Shown: piece after piece, positions 1 to 14,612 of the stretch
Position numbering within the stretch: the first letter of the stretch is position 1
Layout of the letters: each line of letters opens with the position of its first letter
Source of the DNA: Schmidtea polychroa
Lineage: Eukaryota
Length of the DNA stretch: 64,000 nt
Direction of reading: 5' to 3'
Assembly (NCBI GenBank): GCA_044892525.1
Contig: CM097885.1
Coordinates: 41,852,001 to 41,916,000 of the forward strand
Notes under the pieces: generated by a model
Seen by the model: the letters and a program-made list of their open reading frames with translations, nothing else
Databases searched by the model: none
What the model was told of the DNA's origin: nothing
Position numbers and translations under genes: made by a program

Positions 1-229
1 CTCCATATTAGATTTAGATACACTATAGACATTTCTTGAGTGAAAAATTGAAATATAATGATTTATTATTATTGTATTAAATAAATAATATAATAATAAT
101 AATACTAAACGTACATTGTAAAGAGATATAACACTAACAATTAAATATAAAAAATATAAATATAAAAGAAATCATTAAAAAATATTTATCATATTAGTGT
201 GATATTTGTTTATCCACTTCTTCACATAG

Positions 230-1900
230 CTTTTGCAAATCCATATAAATTTTGGTATTTGCCCATAGTAATTTGTGTTGCAGGTTAGCGTCCGTTATGT
301 TTAACCACTTGCCGGGCTATTTTTTTTTCATGTTTTCGGTCAAAAAAAAAACTATTTTTTTAAATCATTAATTAATAGTATATAATCAAAATATAACGTA
401 AATATTTTTTTTAATTTTCCGAGTTTGTATTCACTAATTATTAATTATTGTTATTATATAAAAAAAATAAGAGCCACTGTGTAGATATCATCTCTTAGGA
501 TATTAAATAAGAGTCCCATCATAAAATTAGTCAACTGTGAGGCTATAAATAATACAGTGGGTCATTCATTTTACAAAACATATGTTTCTCAGATTCCAGC
601 GTTTCCTAAACTGTTTCCCAAACGTCTGCGGTCAGTATCTTACCAGTGAATGGTTTTCAAAGAGTTCTTGTTATTAGATGGTATGTGTGAATTATTTAGA
701 GAAAAATACGTAAACTTTGTATACAAAGATATATTATTACAAATACATAAAAATAAAATGAAATTATAATATAAATTGAAAATTACTAAAACAAAATAGT
801 ATGGATTGCTTTTTAACTGCGAAGTAATAATCAGGTCTGTGCTTCAGTCCATTTACAATATATAAACATCTGAAAAGAAAAAAAATCGATAGCACACAGA
901 TTTCTTATTCAAAGGACAATATTTTTTCTATATGAGTTTGCGCTCACATGTGAGTGCTCGCCCGAAATGGTACACATTTTTTGCACTCATATTTGAGCGC
1001 ACGCCCGGCAAGTGTTTAAGCGTGTTTTGTGTTTGTCCAATTTCATTTTCGAAAAAAAACTATTCGCTGGTGTAAGTTGAACCAAAAGCCTTAATAGCCT
1101 TTTGTTCCAGATTTTTCGAATTAAAAAATTTCTCCTTTGTTACACAAGCGTTATAAAAATATATTTTTGATTCTGATGTTTCAAAAATTTGTTTTAATTC
1201 AATATTGCACTATAAGTCAATATGTTCCATTTGGAGATATTTTGGGGCCGACATGAAAGTGAAATGAATATATTTCAAAAATTTTGTTGTATTTGTCTAA
1301 CTCTAAATTACTGAATTGGCTTTCAAATGCAGTTGTAAGTTTTCCTATTTCTTTTGCATATTTCATGTAATTGTTACATTTTGATTTCTTAAAATCTTTC
1401 AACAATGGAAAGTGGAAAGCATTGTTACTTTTCAATTAGAATTCAAATAACAAAAATTTATTTTGAAATGCTTTGATGTGATTATATATGTATTTATTAT
1501 AAAGTTATCTTTTCCTTGCAATGATATATTTAATTGATTAAGTTTTTCGACAATATCCACTAAAAAGCATAAATTTAATAACCACTCATCTTTTCTTAAT
1601 TCTGGTTCAGGTCTTTCCTTGTCATTCATAAACCAGTCAATTTCTCATCGTAACTCATAAAACCGCTGTAAACATCTTCCACGACTTAACTATCTGACTT
1701 GACTGAGGTATACAAAAGCACCATATTCATAATCTAATTCTTTCAGGAACTTCTTAAATTCTCGGTGCGGAAGTGCATATGATCGAATGTAATTCACTGT
1801 TTTTGTAACTGCTTGCAAAATTATCCATCGATAATACTTGGGGACATAAATTTTGTTGATGAATCAAAAAGTGAATTATAATTAAATTTTCTCTTTTGGA
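230..1900 (-). pseudogene. Decayed hAT (SPIN/GTF2IRD2-like) transposase
   Basis: Minus-strand fragments LSRGRCLQRFYELR, WLLNLCFLVDI..LNQLNISLQGK (1432-1629) and AFGSTYTSE..FSKMK. The C-terminal RLNITDANLQH is split by the insertion at 305-1015. Boundaries are approximate. Confidence 0.75.
305..1015. mobile_element. piggyBac-like non-autonomous element (TTAA TSD)
   Basis: TTAA at 301-304 and 1016-1019; TIR CACTTGCCGGGC / GCCCGGCAAGTG. Removing it rejoins the hAT reading frame. Confidence 0.8.
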
Positions 1901-2699
1901 TCGATTGCTAGTTTTGTTGTTGGATTTTATTTTATCATTATCATTAGATCAGATTAGTCAAATAGTTTTGTTCGAGTTGCCACTGCCGGCGAGTTAGGCA
2001 GGGTTCTTACGGGGCCTCCCTCGTTTTCGTGGATTCATTAGGACAGGACATCAGCTAAGTTCGAAGGACTTTGGTATAAATGTGATTCAATGAAAATGAT
2101 ATGAAATTTCGGTATAAATAAATTTTAACAATTACGACTTTCTTTTGATTCGATTGGAAATAAATTGGTTTTATAGCTTCAATCAGGTATTGCACTTTGT
2201 CATGGTTATTGTATAATTTGGTGTCTTTTCGCGGACAGCTTAATTCATATATTTATATATATCTACCCACACATACCTACATGAAATTTCGGTTTCAATT
2301 ATTGTTATTGCTATGGTTTTCTGGGGGATCGTTACTAAAAATAGAGTTTGGTGATTTTGATAGTTTTCATTGGATCAGAGTATGCTAATTTTAAATCTGA
2401 CAATACGGTGAATCCTAAATCTATAACTTGTTTTATAATTCTTACTGTATAAAATAAATATAATATTTTAATAATACTACAATGGGATTATGGTATTAAT
2501 AATAATGCTAACAGTAACAATAATGACACTAATAACAAATTTGATAATGATAATCATATTAACCAATGTAAGTTTGTATTTTTTTCAGGTTACCCAAAAA
2601 GGGGTGGGGGGGGGTCGTTCATAAGAATTCTTATTTTAGGTTTTAGACATGTGAGTCTGCAATTTATATTTCCATGACCTTGAGTTTATGGTTTGTATT

Positions 2700-4120
2700 T
2701 TATTAACTACTACTGATTTGGAGTTAATAAGTTTATAATCTGTAATCTAAATTTATGATTGTATTTCATAAGTTTATATAGTTTAGATATATAATTAGAT
2801 ATATAATTTAGATATATAATTTTTAGATATATAATTTTTATATATAATTTTATAATTTGGATATATAATTAGATTATACCCTTATAGAAATAATTTACGG
2901 TTTATACTTCATATATATAATTTAAGTTTACAATTTGTAATTTAGATTTACCATTGTATTTTATAAGCTTGTAATTGAGATATATAATTAGATTATACTT
3001 TTATGCAAATAATTTACGGTTTATACTTTATATAATTATTCCATAATCCATACTTCAGCCTTGCAATTCACACTTTACGGACTCATAAGCTATATATAAC
3101 TAGTTATAGTTTCTATTCTTTGGAGTTTATAATTTGTATTTATGGATATCGAAATTACAGTTTATAACCAAAATTATACCTTATAGTTTGTAATTTACAT
3201 TTATGCATACGTTACATTCTATAATTTATGGGCAATATAAACTTATAGTTTATATTTTTATGTATAATTCTAGGATGTAATTTGTGCTTATGAGTAGTAC
3301 GACTTTATACTTTTTACAGAAAATACTAAGATATGTTTTATAATTTATACGTAGTATGAATTTATATTTTAGTTTGCTACTGGTGATTTCAAGGTAGGGT
3401 CTACGAGCCACAATTAATACAATCTTATAATTTAGTAAGGTTACATATTTATGAATTGTATTTTTTAAGTACAATATAAAATTATTTTCGTACTTTAGGA
3501 ATATTACACATTTATAACTTATATTTTATAGAATTAGGTTATATTTTATAATAAATTATTTTTTTTTCAAGCATAGTACTAAGTTATGTTTTACAATTTA
3601 ACGTTTATAAATTATATTTTACACAGGTATAGAGTATATTTTTAAGAATAATATAAGGTAAAATTTTATAATTTGGGAGTATTACACATTTTAAAATTTC
3701 TTTTCAAGCATATATCTTATAATTTGATATAAATTATATTTTACACATTTATAAATTATATTTTTAAGAATAGTATAAAGTAAGATTTTATAATTTAGGA
3801 ACATTACGCATTATATTTCAGGCATAGTATTAAGAGGTATTTCCCAATTTGACATTTATAAATTATATTTTACACATTTATGAATTATATTTTTAGAAAC
3901 AATATGAAGTAAAATTTTATAAATTAGGATTATTACACATTTATAAATTATGTCTTTAAAATACAATATAAACTTATATTGATAATTTGGAGGTATTACA
4001 TATTTATCAAATATAATTCTAAGTACAGTAGTAAGTTATATTTTACCATTTAGGAATTCTATGTATTTAGCGATTCTAACCTATATTCTATAGTTTAGGA
4101 ATATTATACCTTTATAGACT
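2700..4120. repeat. Degenerate AT-rich minisatellite
   Basis: Recurring motifs TTTTATAATTTAGGAATATTACACATTTATAAATTATATTTT and ATATAATTAGAT. The period was not determined exactly. Confidence 0.55.
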
Positions 4121-5569
4121 GATGTTTAAGTGTAACCGGAGAGTATATAGTTAATTTTACGATTCACGCTTGTCGAACTTCTTTGTGAGCATTATTACGG
4201 TTAATTTCGAGAAAGATATTTACACTGATACAAAAAATTTATTTCTCAATGAGGTTCGACAAACGTGTAGGTGTAGCTGAGTTCCTTAATGATGCCCAAC
4301 CGACTGCATTACTGAATTGTAAGATGATGTTTAGTTAAGTCTGAGATCTACTCAATTATGATCCTAGTGTGAAATAGTGCATGGAATTTTTAGTGTTGAT
4401 TTTAATTGTGTACTGCATTTGAACTCGGGAAGAATGCTTGCTTACACGGCCCCACTGTGACCCCTACGACAAGCCCTACTGTAGTGTTGAGTCGAAACAT
4501 ACCATTGTCGACCGATAATAAATAGTTGGAGCCATAGCGGAGGGGTTTTATCGACACAACTCCATGGTAGAACCATGAAGTGGACGACCTCCGATGACCG
4601 AAAAAAAATTTATATAGTAATGATAATGCATGTCTGCATGTGGCTTTAGATTTTATAGTCTGGTTGAATGCAAGGCTGATCAGAGGCGTACACGATCGGT
4701 ACGACTCTAATCACTCTTACATTCAACAATCCAAAAGAAATAAAATTAAAAAAAAAATTTTAAAAACTAATATGAGTTATACAAAAAATATATTATGATG
4801 CAAATAAAATCGTTCTTACTAATAGTTCCAAAAATTTTCAACAGAAAAATAAATTTGGCATAAAGTGATTAAATTGTGACCGAAACGTGTCGGTATATAT
4901 ACCTATTTTGTACACGTGTATGTATTGATGCATTAAAACAAACTCGAATTCTTTTTATTCCAGAATTTTCTATTTCGCGATTTTGATATTTTTAATGGCA
5001 ATTTTTGTGCCATAATTTTTGTTTTTATTTTTAAATTTTTATTTTTTAATTATTTTTCGTTAATTTCACGTCTATGATGGATTTGGAACGGTTCCAGAAC
5101 ATTCCATATTACTTTTAATTTAATTTTTATTTTAACTGATGTTTTATGAATTTCTTTTTAAGATTTTTTATTTTTATTACTAATTTATTTATTTTTTTCT
5201 AAATTTTATTGTTTAAGGTAGCTTTTATGATGGTCATCGCCATTTTCATGGAATGTTCTGGGTTTTTCTGGAATTTTTTACTGTTTTTACCGTCTTTTAA
5301 GTTATTCGAGTTTGTTTTTTGTAACTCTATGTTTATTTGGTTATTTTTGAATTAGATTTTGCATAACTTCTTGCTTTTGTATAATTTTATTTAATTTCTG
5401 TGTTTATATTTTTTGTTGTTTCTCTTTTAATTATTATTGTTTATTTGGTGTATTTTTTAATATTTAACTATACTTTTTGCTTTTTGCATGTTGTGTACCT
5501 ACACATTTCAGTCACAATTAGAAGTTTGGGTCTAGAAATCAGTTCTAGCCCAACACTTCTTTACCTATC

Positions 5570-6580
5570 ATACCAGGTGCTCCATCAGTTGACATTCCAG
5601 AAAGTAATTTTTTAGTGTTTGAGAATCGTGAGCATCTAAGGCCTTTCTTAGACTTTATGAATGATTTACATATGAATATTAAATTTACGTGTAAAGAAGA
5701 AAAAATGTCTATGACACCGTTTTTGGATCTGTTTATTCAAGGGAATAGTCTGATCAGACTATCAGACTGAAATATACAGAAAAGCGACTGATAATGATCT
5801 ATATACTACTTCTGAGAGGTTTTGTGAATATAAATACAAGCTAAATATGGTGAGAGGATTAGTTTTTCGTGCATAGTCTTTATCATCCACGTTTATCAAT
5901 TCAATGGAAATTATTGATTCTTTGGTTGTGTTGCTTATTAAAAATAGATATTCTAAATCTTTTCTTGGGTGGATGACATAAGATATCATTGAAAAATAGA
6001 TATTGAATACTCATAATCGTTGCGCAGGTTTATCTGAAAGTAAGGGTCCAAATGATGTTAAAGTTAATATGTTGTCAAGTTAGGAAGGTCATAAAATTTG
6101 ATCTAAACACACTGATCAAAATTACGTGTTGTATTACCTCATTAGGAAAATTTCTGAGAATTCAAGCATAAAATCCTTAAACATGTAGATAAGACTATAT
6201 TTATGATTATTTCAATGTCTTGCTAGGTTAGTAGTATGATCACTAAAAAGTCTCCAACTCCAGTTAGTCTGTGCTCAGTACATGTATATCAATTTTCATG
6301 TAATGGGTATAATGCCACATACATCGGAGAGACTTCCCGTCCTCCCTGCACTCGAGTTCTTGAGCATTTCCAACGTAATGGATTGACCCACATTAGTGAT
6401 CCTTTTAAAAAGTGTACCAGTAAAAAAATAAGTATTTCTGATTTCTAGATCTTGTCGAAGAGTTTGAGTAATTACTGGGAACTAGTAACGTGCGAGGAGT
6501 TGCTAATTAGATATTTAACCCCTATAATTAATATTCAAAGTGCCCAGTCTACATGGATTTTAAATGTATTTAAATAATTT
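5570..6580 (+). mobile_element. Penelope-like retroelement fragment (RT C-terminus plus GIY-YIG endonuclease)
   Basis: HMNIKFTCKEE..PFLDL, TEIYRKATD and VYQFSC..NATYIGETSR..RVLEH (ORF 6236-6448), with stops and frameshifts. Confidence 0.8.
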
Positions 6581-6814
6581 AACTTGTATATTTATTATTT
6601 GGGATGATGTTATTGTTTGTTAAATTTTTTGTATGAAAACAATTTTTAAATTTAAATTAAATTAATTTTTTATATTAGTTTTAAAAAATGTTTTCTATAA
6701 GAATGTTAACAATTTTGTGCGATTTTTAAATTTAAAATAATTTATATATGATTAAAAAAATGTTTTTTATTTTCAAAAAGAAGAAAAATTTTATTAAAAT
6801 ATTTTTTAGTCGCC

Positions 6815-8994
6815 TAGAGTTGCCAGATTTTGAAAACATTATGTCGGGAGTAACGAAAATAAAAGTTTGACTGGAATTTTTTAATTTATATTTTTTATAC
6901 ATAAATTAAAAAGATACACAATTCAAATTATATTGCACAAAAAAGAAAAATTCAATCACGAAAATAAAATAAAAAAATTAACAAAAAAAAATAAAATAAC
7001 AAAAATAAATAAATTAGTGAAAAACAAAATATTATAATATTTTTCAGACTTTTAATATTTTTCAAATCTAGCAGTGTTTCTTAAAATCAGTTGAGCATTT
7101 TCTGTTTTGAGAAATTCAATAAATTATTTACAGAACATTTTAAAATTTTCTTTCACCATTAATCCTGCTTCAAGGTTTTGAAACAAACATTTATTTCGTT
7201 CCTCGCTCCAAGTGGTTGTCATCAAGTTGAATATTCTTTCGGATATTGCACTGGTATGAGGATTAAAAAAAATAATACTTACTATTTTATATAAATTTGC
7301 TGAGTTTTCATGAAGTTTTAAGAATTTTACACAATTTTTATCATCTAATAATGTGTTTAGTTTTTCTCTATTGACAAAATAATTTAATTTATGAATTTCT
7401 TCGAATAAAATATTTTTATCAATACAATGTATTGCAAATATTAAATCGTTCAATTATTTCCTCTACTTTGTTTGAATGAATTGATTCTTTTAAACTTTTA
7501 ATGGTTTTAAAATTTCGAACTTATTATTTTGGAAACTGAACTAATTTTGTAAATAAGTTATTACCACAATAAAAAATGAATTTGCTTCACAAATGAATCA
7601 TATTTTTGTAATGTTGCTCTTGCAATTGAGCCGTAAAATTGTTGTTCTTTTCTGTTGATAAATCCTAGATAAGCTATAGAAAGTTCATCTTTAAAAAAAT
7701 AACCATATGCCAACAGATATTGAATTTTGAGACAAAAAGTATGACTTAATTGGTTCAAAATTTTTCAATAACTCTTCAACAGCTGGTAAAAGGCTAAGCC
7801 ATCGAGTTGGAACGTGTCGTAAGATTTCCGACCATTCTACTTCGGCCATTCAAAAAATTCTTTTAATTTAGTATTTTTTTTTCTTGATAAACTCGTTATA
7901 AATTTTTATGATTATTGAGTCAATAACACTTTTCAGTTGGGTTGAGGCTTTTTTCGCCGTGTTGGGTAGAATATGACTATTACATCCAATCGGAATAATT
8001 TTAGATTTTGCTTTTTTAAATTCCGTAAATTTTTTATATTTAAATTGCTGCATTCCAATTTATTCTTTATAGAATCTGCTATGTAGACTGAACGTTCACT
8101 ATCTAGTGAATAAAAATAGAGCAGAACATTTTTTCTATACCTTTTCCTTTGGTAAAATATCGCAAGGCAATTAAAGCTGTGTGAATGTATGATGGTATGG
8201 TAGCAAAAAGCCACTTCTGCCGATGTTACAAGTTTTCCCTTTTGCTGCCTTTTTACAAAACAACGTAGTCAATTTTTTTGAATTTGCAGATGTAGCTATA
8301 TTAAATCGATGACCAACCATTTTAATGTTCCTTTTGATGTTATTTTCACCACCATCATGGTGGCACCATGTGATATAGAAATTTTTAAATTATTTTTAAA
8401 TTATTTTAAATGAACAAGTAATGTGATGATCACCGCATTTCCGAATCCATGTATATGATTTTGTCCATTTCTGATTGAATTTTACTGTATACTTCACCTT
8501 TTTTTCATATTTCCTCTTTTTTTCGTCAGAATCAATGCATTCCAAATCCGAATTACACATTTTGGGGTATAATTAGTACGTAATTAGTAATTCAATATTA
8601 ATATATTAAGTTTTTGTAGTTTAAACTTACTTTATATATGATATAGTTTTTATTTATATTAATTCACTATATTATATATTGAGCTTCTAATTATATCATT
8701 TTATTTATTTAATATTTTGTTACTTAGCGACCATTTTAATTGATTTTGCTTCTTGGAATACATCAGTAAGTAAATCTAAGTCGGAACAATACTTCTAGTC
8801 AAAACACAATGCGCAAAATGTGCAAGAAAGTTCACAATTTAATCCCATTGTCATCACTTCAAAATGTTAAATGTGTCAATTTCTGGAAAAACTTAATTTA
8901 GAAAACGAGAGCTTTTGCCATGTATATCCGGAGTCGGGAAATATACTTTCTTAACCGGGGACTCCCGAAGAAATCGGAAGGTCTAGCAACCCTG
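6815..8994 (-). mobile_element. Decayed hAT transposon
   Basis: Imperfect TIRs TAGAGTTGCCAGA / TCTAGCAACCCTG. Minus-strand fragments GCNSHIL, RHVPTRWLSLLP and the dimerisation motif PHTSAISERIFNLM (7124-7453). TSD not recognisable. Confidence 0.75.
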
Positions 8995-10499
8995 TCCTAG
9001 ACTGAAGAAGACTGTTAAACGATCGAGATATATAGCAATGTTATATTTTAATTTACTTGGTTGGCGACTTTCAATTATTAAAACTTTGCCATCTTTTTCT
9101 CTGATGGTTTTAGATTTTCTATTAATTTTTACATTAAGTATCTATGTGAATAATAATATTTTCAGTATCATGTTTATTTGGTAACTAATACTCAAAGTAA
9201 TATAGTTTTAAGTTTAATGTTTAAATTATCATATCCACATGTAAGCCAATAGGTTCAACTACATTAAAAGTAATTATATGAAAGTCCTGTTTATTTATTA
9301 AATAATTCCTTTAACTAACAGAATTATTTATCTTTGTTCTGTTGACATATAAAAGATATTGTAAGATTTTTATTCAAGTTTTTAATTAGCGATTACGTTT
9401 TAAAATTATTTAAATATTTATTATGCAATTAATTTACTTAATCCAAATCATATTACTTAACCTGAATCAAATTACTTAATCCGAATGAACTTGACAATTT
9501 TTAGACTTCTTAGCGACACAATATCAACAAACTTTCGTAATCACCAAAGTCTTTCCCTAAGGTCGATAACAGTTAAAAATATCTGACTGCCATCACTTTT
9601 TTAATCTATTCTACTGATTTACTGATTAAAGTAACATTTTTTGATAGGCTGTTTTTTGATAGGCTGTCTTTGCTATAACAAAATAAATTGTGTATATCAC
9701 TGATCTTTTAAACTTGATAAAATTTAGAATTTATTATTACTATTTTTATAAATATCGTTATTGTTATTATTTTCATCATTATTATTATTAATAATAAATA
9801 AATTAATATTTATTATTTAATTTTGTAAAATTATATTCAAATTCCCAGACAAAAATATTATTTAATTTCATCTAATTTATATTATAACTTTTATTATTTA
9901 CTTTAAAATTTTTAAAAATTTAATTTTTATTTCATTTCAGATCTATTGTTTACTTTATGAGACTTTACTTATTTATTTCAAAAAATTTAATTATTTGTAG
10001 ATTTTTAAAAATATTATCATTAAAACCTTGCCTTATTTAACTTCATTTTAAATTGTTATGCATTTTAAACCACAGTTACTGTACATTCAAATTTAGTTCA
10101 AGCTTTATCCACTATTTCATAATATTTTATTTAAACATGGAACTGAACAAATTATAACTAGAATTTGATAAACTTTATTCTAATTATCTTTTATTTTGAA
10201 AATTTGATTATTTTTTAATTTCAGATCAATAGTTGACTCTATGAGAATTTATTTTAAGAATTTCAGCAGTAAAATCTTATTAAAATTTACTTTCACCAGC
10301 TTTTTATTAAATAATTTTTGACACCAGAAATTCTTATTTAACTAAATTTACTTATATTTTAATTTCTTTATTCTTACATTTCAGTGACCTTTATTCTATT
10401 TGGGCTATGGTTAAAAATGTGTACTTTTATTTACTTAATTTACTTAATTTTAAATTATAACAATCGCTAAATAATGGCATCGATTTAAATCTAACGAAA

Positions 10500-11230
10500 A
10501 GCACCAAATTCAATATATATATTTTACTACAATATATTTCGACAGAATCACTGTCATCTTCGGGTAGAATTGAAATCAAATTAAATCAATATAAATTGAT
10601 TTTTTTTTAAACAAAATAATTAACTATTTCATTAATTTTTTTAAATTAATTTCGCTAAAAATTTTACAAAATTCTGTTTTCTATATTCAAACTTTAAAAA
10701 TTATAAAAGTCTTAAAATTTTTAAAACTTTTTAAACTGACAAAAGTTGAAATCAAACAAGATTCTAATAAATTTTCCATAAAATTGTGTTTACTAATATT
10801 AATCAATTGCTTCAGTCGATAGTGATCAGGAACTTGAAAACGGAGATGACAGATTCCAATGTATGTGGTATTGCACCCATGACATAAATATTCATAACCA
10901 AGATCCGAAAACCATCTAAGTAACAACTGAAATTCACTAATAAACACACTCAATAGAAGCACTTTGGAATTGATGAAGAGATGTAGAAAATTAATGAAAG
11001 AAAAACTATCAGTGATTGGATTGGATATGTTTGATACAAATTGTGAAGTTGGTCTATTTCTCAATTTATTATTTGTCTATTTCTTTTCACTGAAAATTTT
11101 ATTTTTAAGCTTTTTACCGAGGAAAATATTTAATCTTTGAGCAAGTACTAGAATTTTTATGTTTTTTATTGCGATAAATTAGTTTTTTTCATTAAGAAAT
11201 TATGCTTATTAATCCAGAAAAATTGCTTCG
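10500..11230 (-). mobile_element. Penelope-like 3' fragment
   Basis: YEYLCHGCNTTYIG (GIY-YIG remnant) in ORF 10687-11064 and a degenerate hammerhead core at 10527-10566. Paralogous to 29390-29602 plus 30697-30790. Confidence 0.6.
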
Positions 11231-12109
11231 ATTTTTAATCATGAAAATGTTTATGTTATTTAAAGGTGAATTTATTTTTAGGCTTTTTAATCGATTGACA
11301 TTCAACCGATAAAAAAAATAATAATTATTATAAAAATTAATTTAAAATTAAAAATAAATTTATTTCATTTAAACAAATAATATAAAAAATGTAACCCCCC
11401 TTGAAATGGTTCTCAATCAAAATATCCCATGGGCCATACTCATACTAATACACTACTTATGAAATTCTATAAATAAACTGCTTTCTGAAAATCGATTTCT
11501 GAAATTGATTTAAATTCAAATTGTAATCACTCTAAATTTCCTTGAATTAAAATTTTAGCGAAATTAGAAAATCGCCAAACGATTTATGAATTCAAACCAC
11601 CACCATCAGCTGCTACTTACAATATTAAAAAGTAAAATTGAAAGTTGTACATATATATAATGGTATTGATTGTAATCGGTTGCTCAGCCCATTGCTCTAT
11701 CCTGTTAATGTGTGAGTCAATGTTTGTGTGTATGTGTGCTGGTTAAATTGATATGTCAATCCCGAACAGATAATAAACATGCTTAGATTTGACTTGTGTA
11801 GGATTATTTGACTGGTATTTATATATGAGAGGTTGTGGACGAGATCAATTTACAAATCACGATTCACTGCCTATAATTTTATTATTGTTATTTGGAATTC
11901 GCTTTCGTCAAGTATAGATGGGTTCGAGTACGTTTTATTTATTTTCATATAAATTTTTCTAAATTATTTTCAATAATTTTAAAATGCAAAAAATTTACAT
12001 AATTAAAAATTTTAATTTCAGTAATTTACGAAGAATTAAGTCTGCCTGTGTGGAATTTTTGTTTATTTTTTGTTTTGTTTATTCATTTTGATCTTGGATA
12101 GGGTTGTTT

Positions 12110-12289
12110 TAAGGGCGACGCTTTTATACGGGTCACCCGATTTTTATTATAAACACAATTAAACTAATTAAGAGTTTAAAATCAATTATTATTTCTTTGG
12201 TTGGATTATACCTGCTTAACTAGAAAATTCTTTTTTATTTAATATATTTTTAAAAATCGGGCGACCACATCAAAGTGTCGTCGCTTTAA
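12110..12289. mobile_element. Small MITE
   Basis: Imperfect ~30-bp inverted repeats (GGCGACGCTTTT..GGTCACCCGATTTTT / AAAAATCGGGCGACC..AAAGTGTCGTC), flanked by TTAA. Confidence 0.55.
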
Positions 12290-13854
12290 GACTGTTATCT
12301 ATGTGAAATTCGATATCCAGCAATAAATAATCAGTCTGAAATACTGAATTATATCATTTTGAATTCATGACATTCATTTGATCAGTGATATAGGAAAAGG
12401 AAGGATAATGGAGTTAAATATCCACCCCACCCAATCAATCCGCGTTAATGCATAGTTTATGCATTTTACACTATGTTTGTTAGCTTGTCTAAACCATCAT
12501 CGCCTTTGTAGAGGCAAAGGTAACACCTTGATATGATGTGGAAATGTTTTAATATCATTTTAATATCAGCCAAAGTTATCCAATATAGACAATAGATATT
12601 ACAGTCTATTCAAGATCAATTTTTGTAATATTCCTTCAATTGATATTAACTGATTATATGGTTGGCTGTGTATGTGGTGAACAGACGTATCCCAAGATCT
12701 AATTGCATACTGGCAACTTTCAATAGACAAATAGCAAAATATTGAATATCAGTAAAGCTGAGTCAAATAATAAATTATTATCAAACTTTCTTTATCGCTA
12801 ATAAAAAAAATTTTTTTTGTGAACACCATTTGGAAAATTTTCCAAGAAACAATAATAATTACAAATGTCTGTGTCAAGAAATTTTATGATAAAAAATGGA
12901 TTTTAAATTATAATAGGATTTCTTTTAATTCAAAGTTTGGTTAAAAATTAAATTATCAAAAAGTGTTTGTTTAAATATTAAAGATTATTAGTGAATTATT
13001 AGTTGAATTATTAATTTCGAGAATTTAATTTAATTGTAAAAAATATGTCCAGTAAAAATATTAAAGTATTTAGAGATAAGTTAACTGAACAAACAAATGG
13101 TTATGAGGAAATGATTATGAGAGATTTTGCTAAAATTAAAGTTAAATATGGAAGAAGGCAACTGGTTATCAGCTGCATATATAATGTATTCGGCCGAAGT
13201 TTGACAGTTTCTTTTAAAAAAATGATATAGGTCTTTCGAACAAATTTAACAGTCTACTTATTTTTTTACTCTTTCGTTTCAGCTATAACCTTCATGTCAA
13301 ATTGATTGAAATGGACAAGTGAAAGCCATCTGAATATTTGGAAAGTGTAGCCTGTATCCTGTGAATTATTAAGTGTCGCAAACACACTGTCTGTGAAACC
13401 AAAACCCAGCCTATTTACAAGATTAGGGCAGCGTTTGACGATCTCCATAGTGACACCATGAAGGACACATACTATGGATGAAGGCCGTGATGGGTTGTGA
13501 AAGTTGTTTCATTGAGTGAATTCTCTTGATTTTTCTAATCTTGACGTCGCTTCCATTTTTTCAATAAATCTATTCTTGGCTAAGATATTTGAAAAGAAAC
13601 TGTCAAAATTAACCTGAACATCATGTAAAGATGAAAATAGAAGCAGAAGGCCATTATGAGGAATCATGATTGTTATTGAAAAAACGGCGAAATAAATGTA
13701 CTCTTCGAGAATTTCACTTTTTAAAGTCTAGAAATTAAGTTGAAAAAGAATTAATAAATGCATCCAATCAAAAGCTTATTGATATTAAAGCAAAGGAGAA
13801 CGTGGATTCAATATTACAGATCAATGATAAAGTTATTTTTAAGAATCAGTAATT

Positions 13855-14188
13855 AGTAGTGAGGAATCTATGCACCCCAGCACCCCCACCCTAAAAAAAA
13901 ACAGCGCTATTGACCCATATTTTCCACATTTATATGCTTTTTTACCCCATATTCTTCACTTTTTTTAACTTTTAAACTTTGTCCCCTATTGCCATTAACC
14001 CTTAATTTCTTCCCTTAAAAGTAAAAAAGTTCGGAATAGATGTATTTATAGATTAGTAATTCCGAGAAAAGGTAACAGGGGTGCATAGATTCCTCACTAC
14101 TTGGTCTTAAGGATTTAATGTTATAAGGATTTAATGTTATAAGAATATCAGATTACCTAATTCATAATGATCTAGGTCGCCTGATCAC
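13855..14188 (+). repeat. Left TIR of Polinton 1
   Basis: Reverse complement of 28350-28683 except for two 1-bp indels seen by eye. Confidence 0.97.
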
Positions 14189-14519
14189 CTTAAGGTTTTG
14201 AAAGTTTTAAAAATAAAAAATTTTATGAAAATAGTAAAACTGCTCTGAGGGGACAGTGGTATTTTTTTTTTTTTTTTTTTCACTGTCCCCTCAACAGTTT
14301 TTTTTGATCCGGATCATTTTTTTTTTTATTTATCAACCTCTTTCGTTTATCAAATCTCTTCCAATATACAAGCTGGCCAGACTCATACATCAGAATCAAT
14401 CCGATAATAGCAGCACGCCTTATTATTCGCTTCTCGCTCACGAAGTCGATTTCAACGGCGTTTTAAGCGTGCTGCTCGAAAGTACAAATGAATTCGAAAG
14501 CGAATCCGAAAGAGGTCCG

Positions 14520-14612
14520 AAAACAACCAAGAAATAAATGTGCACATTATAGAATCGATCCGGGGGTGTTCGAAAGACAGGTGGCGATAATTACCGGTTC
14601 GCCACCATCACC
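14520..14612 (-). ncRNA. Putative Pol III small RNA, unit 0 (most diverged)
   Basis: A-box-like TGGCGAACCGG (14604-14594), B-box-like GGATCGATTCT (14561-14551), T4 at 14523-14520. Same A-B spacing and array period as units 1-3. Confidence 0.45.

Noticed and set aside
4400..4720. GC-richer patch resembling a SINE or ribozyme
   Set aside because: No A/B-box pair or complete hammerhead core could be assembled.
12600..13850. Possible MULE transposase relic flanking Polinton 1 (FCEHHLENF near 12817)
   Set aside because: Only one short motif; no TIR, TSD or catalytic residues found.
14300..14380. Possible fifth Pol III unit
   Set aside because: TGGCCAGCTTG and GGATCAAAA are weak matches with the wrong spacing, and no T-run follows on the minus strand.
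14256..14537. 93-aa ORF in the Polinton left arm
   Set aside because: GTG start running through poly-T tracts, no motif and no AAAATG context; likely spurious.
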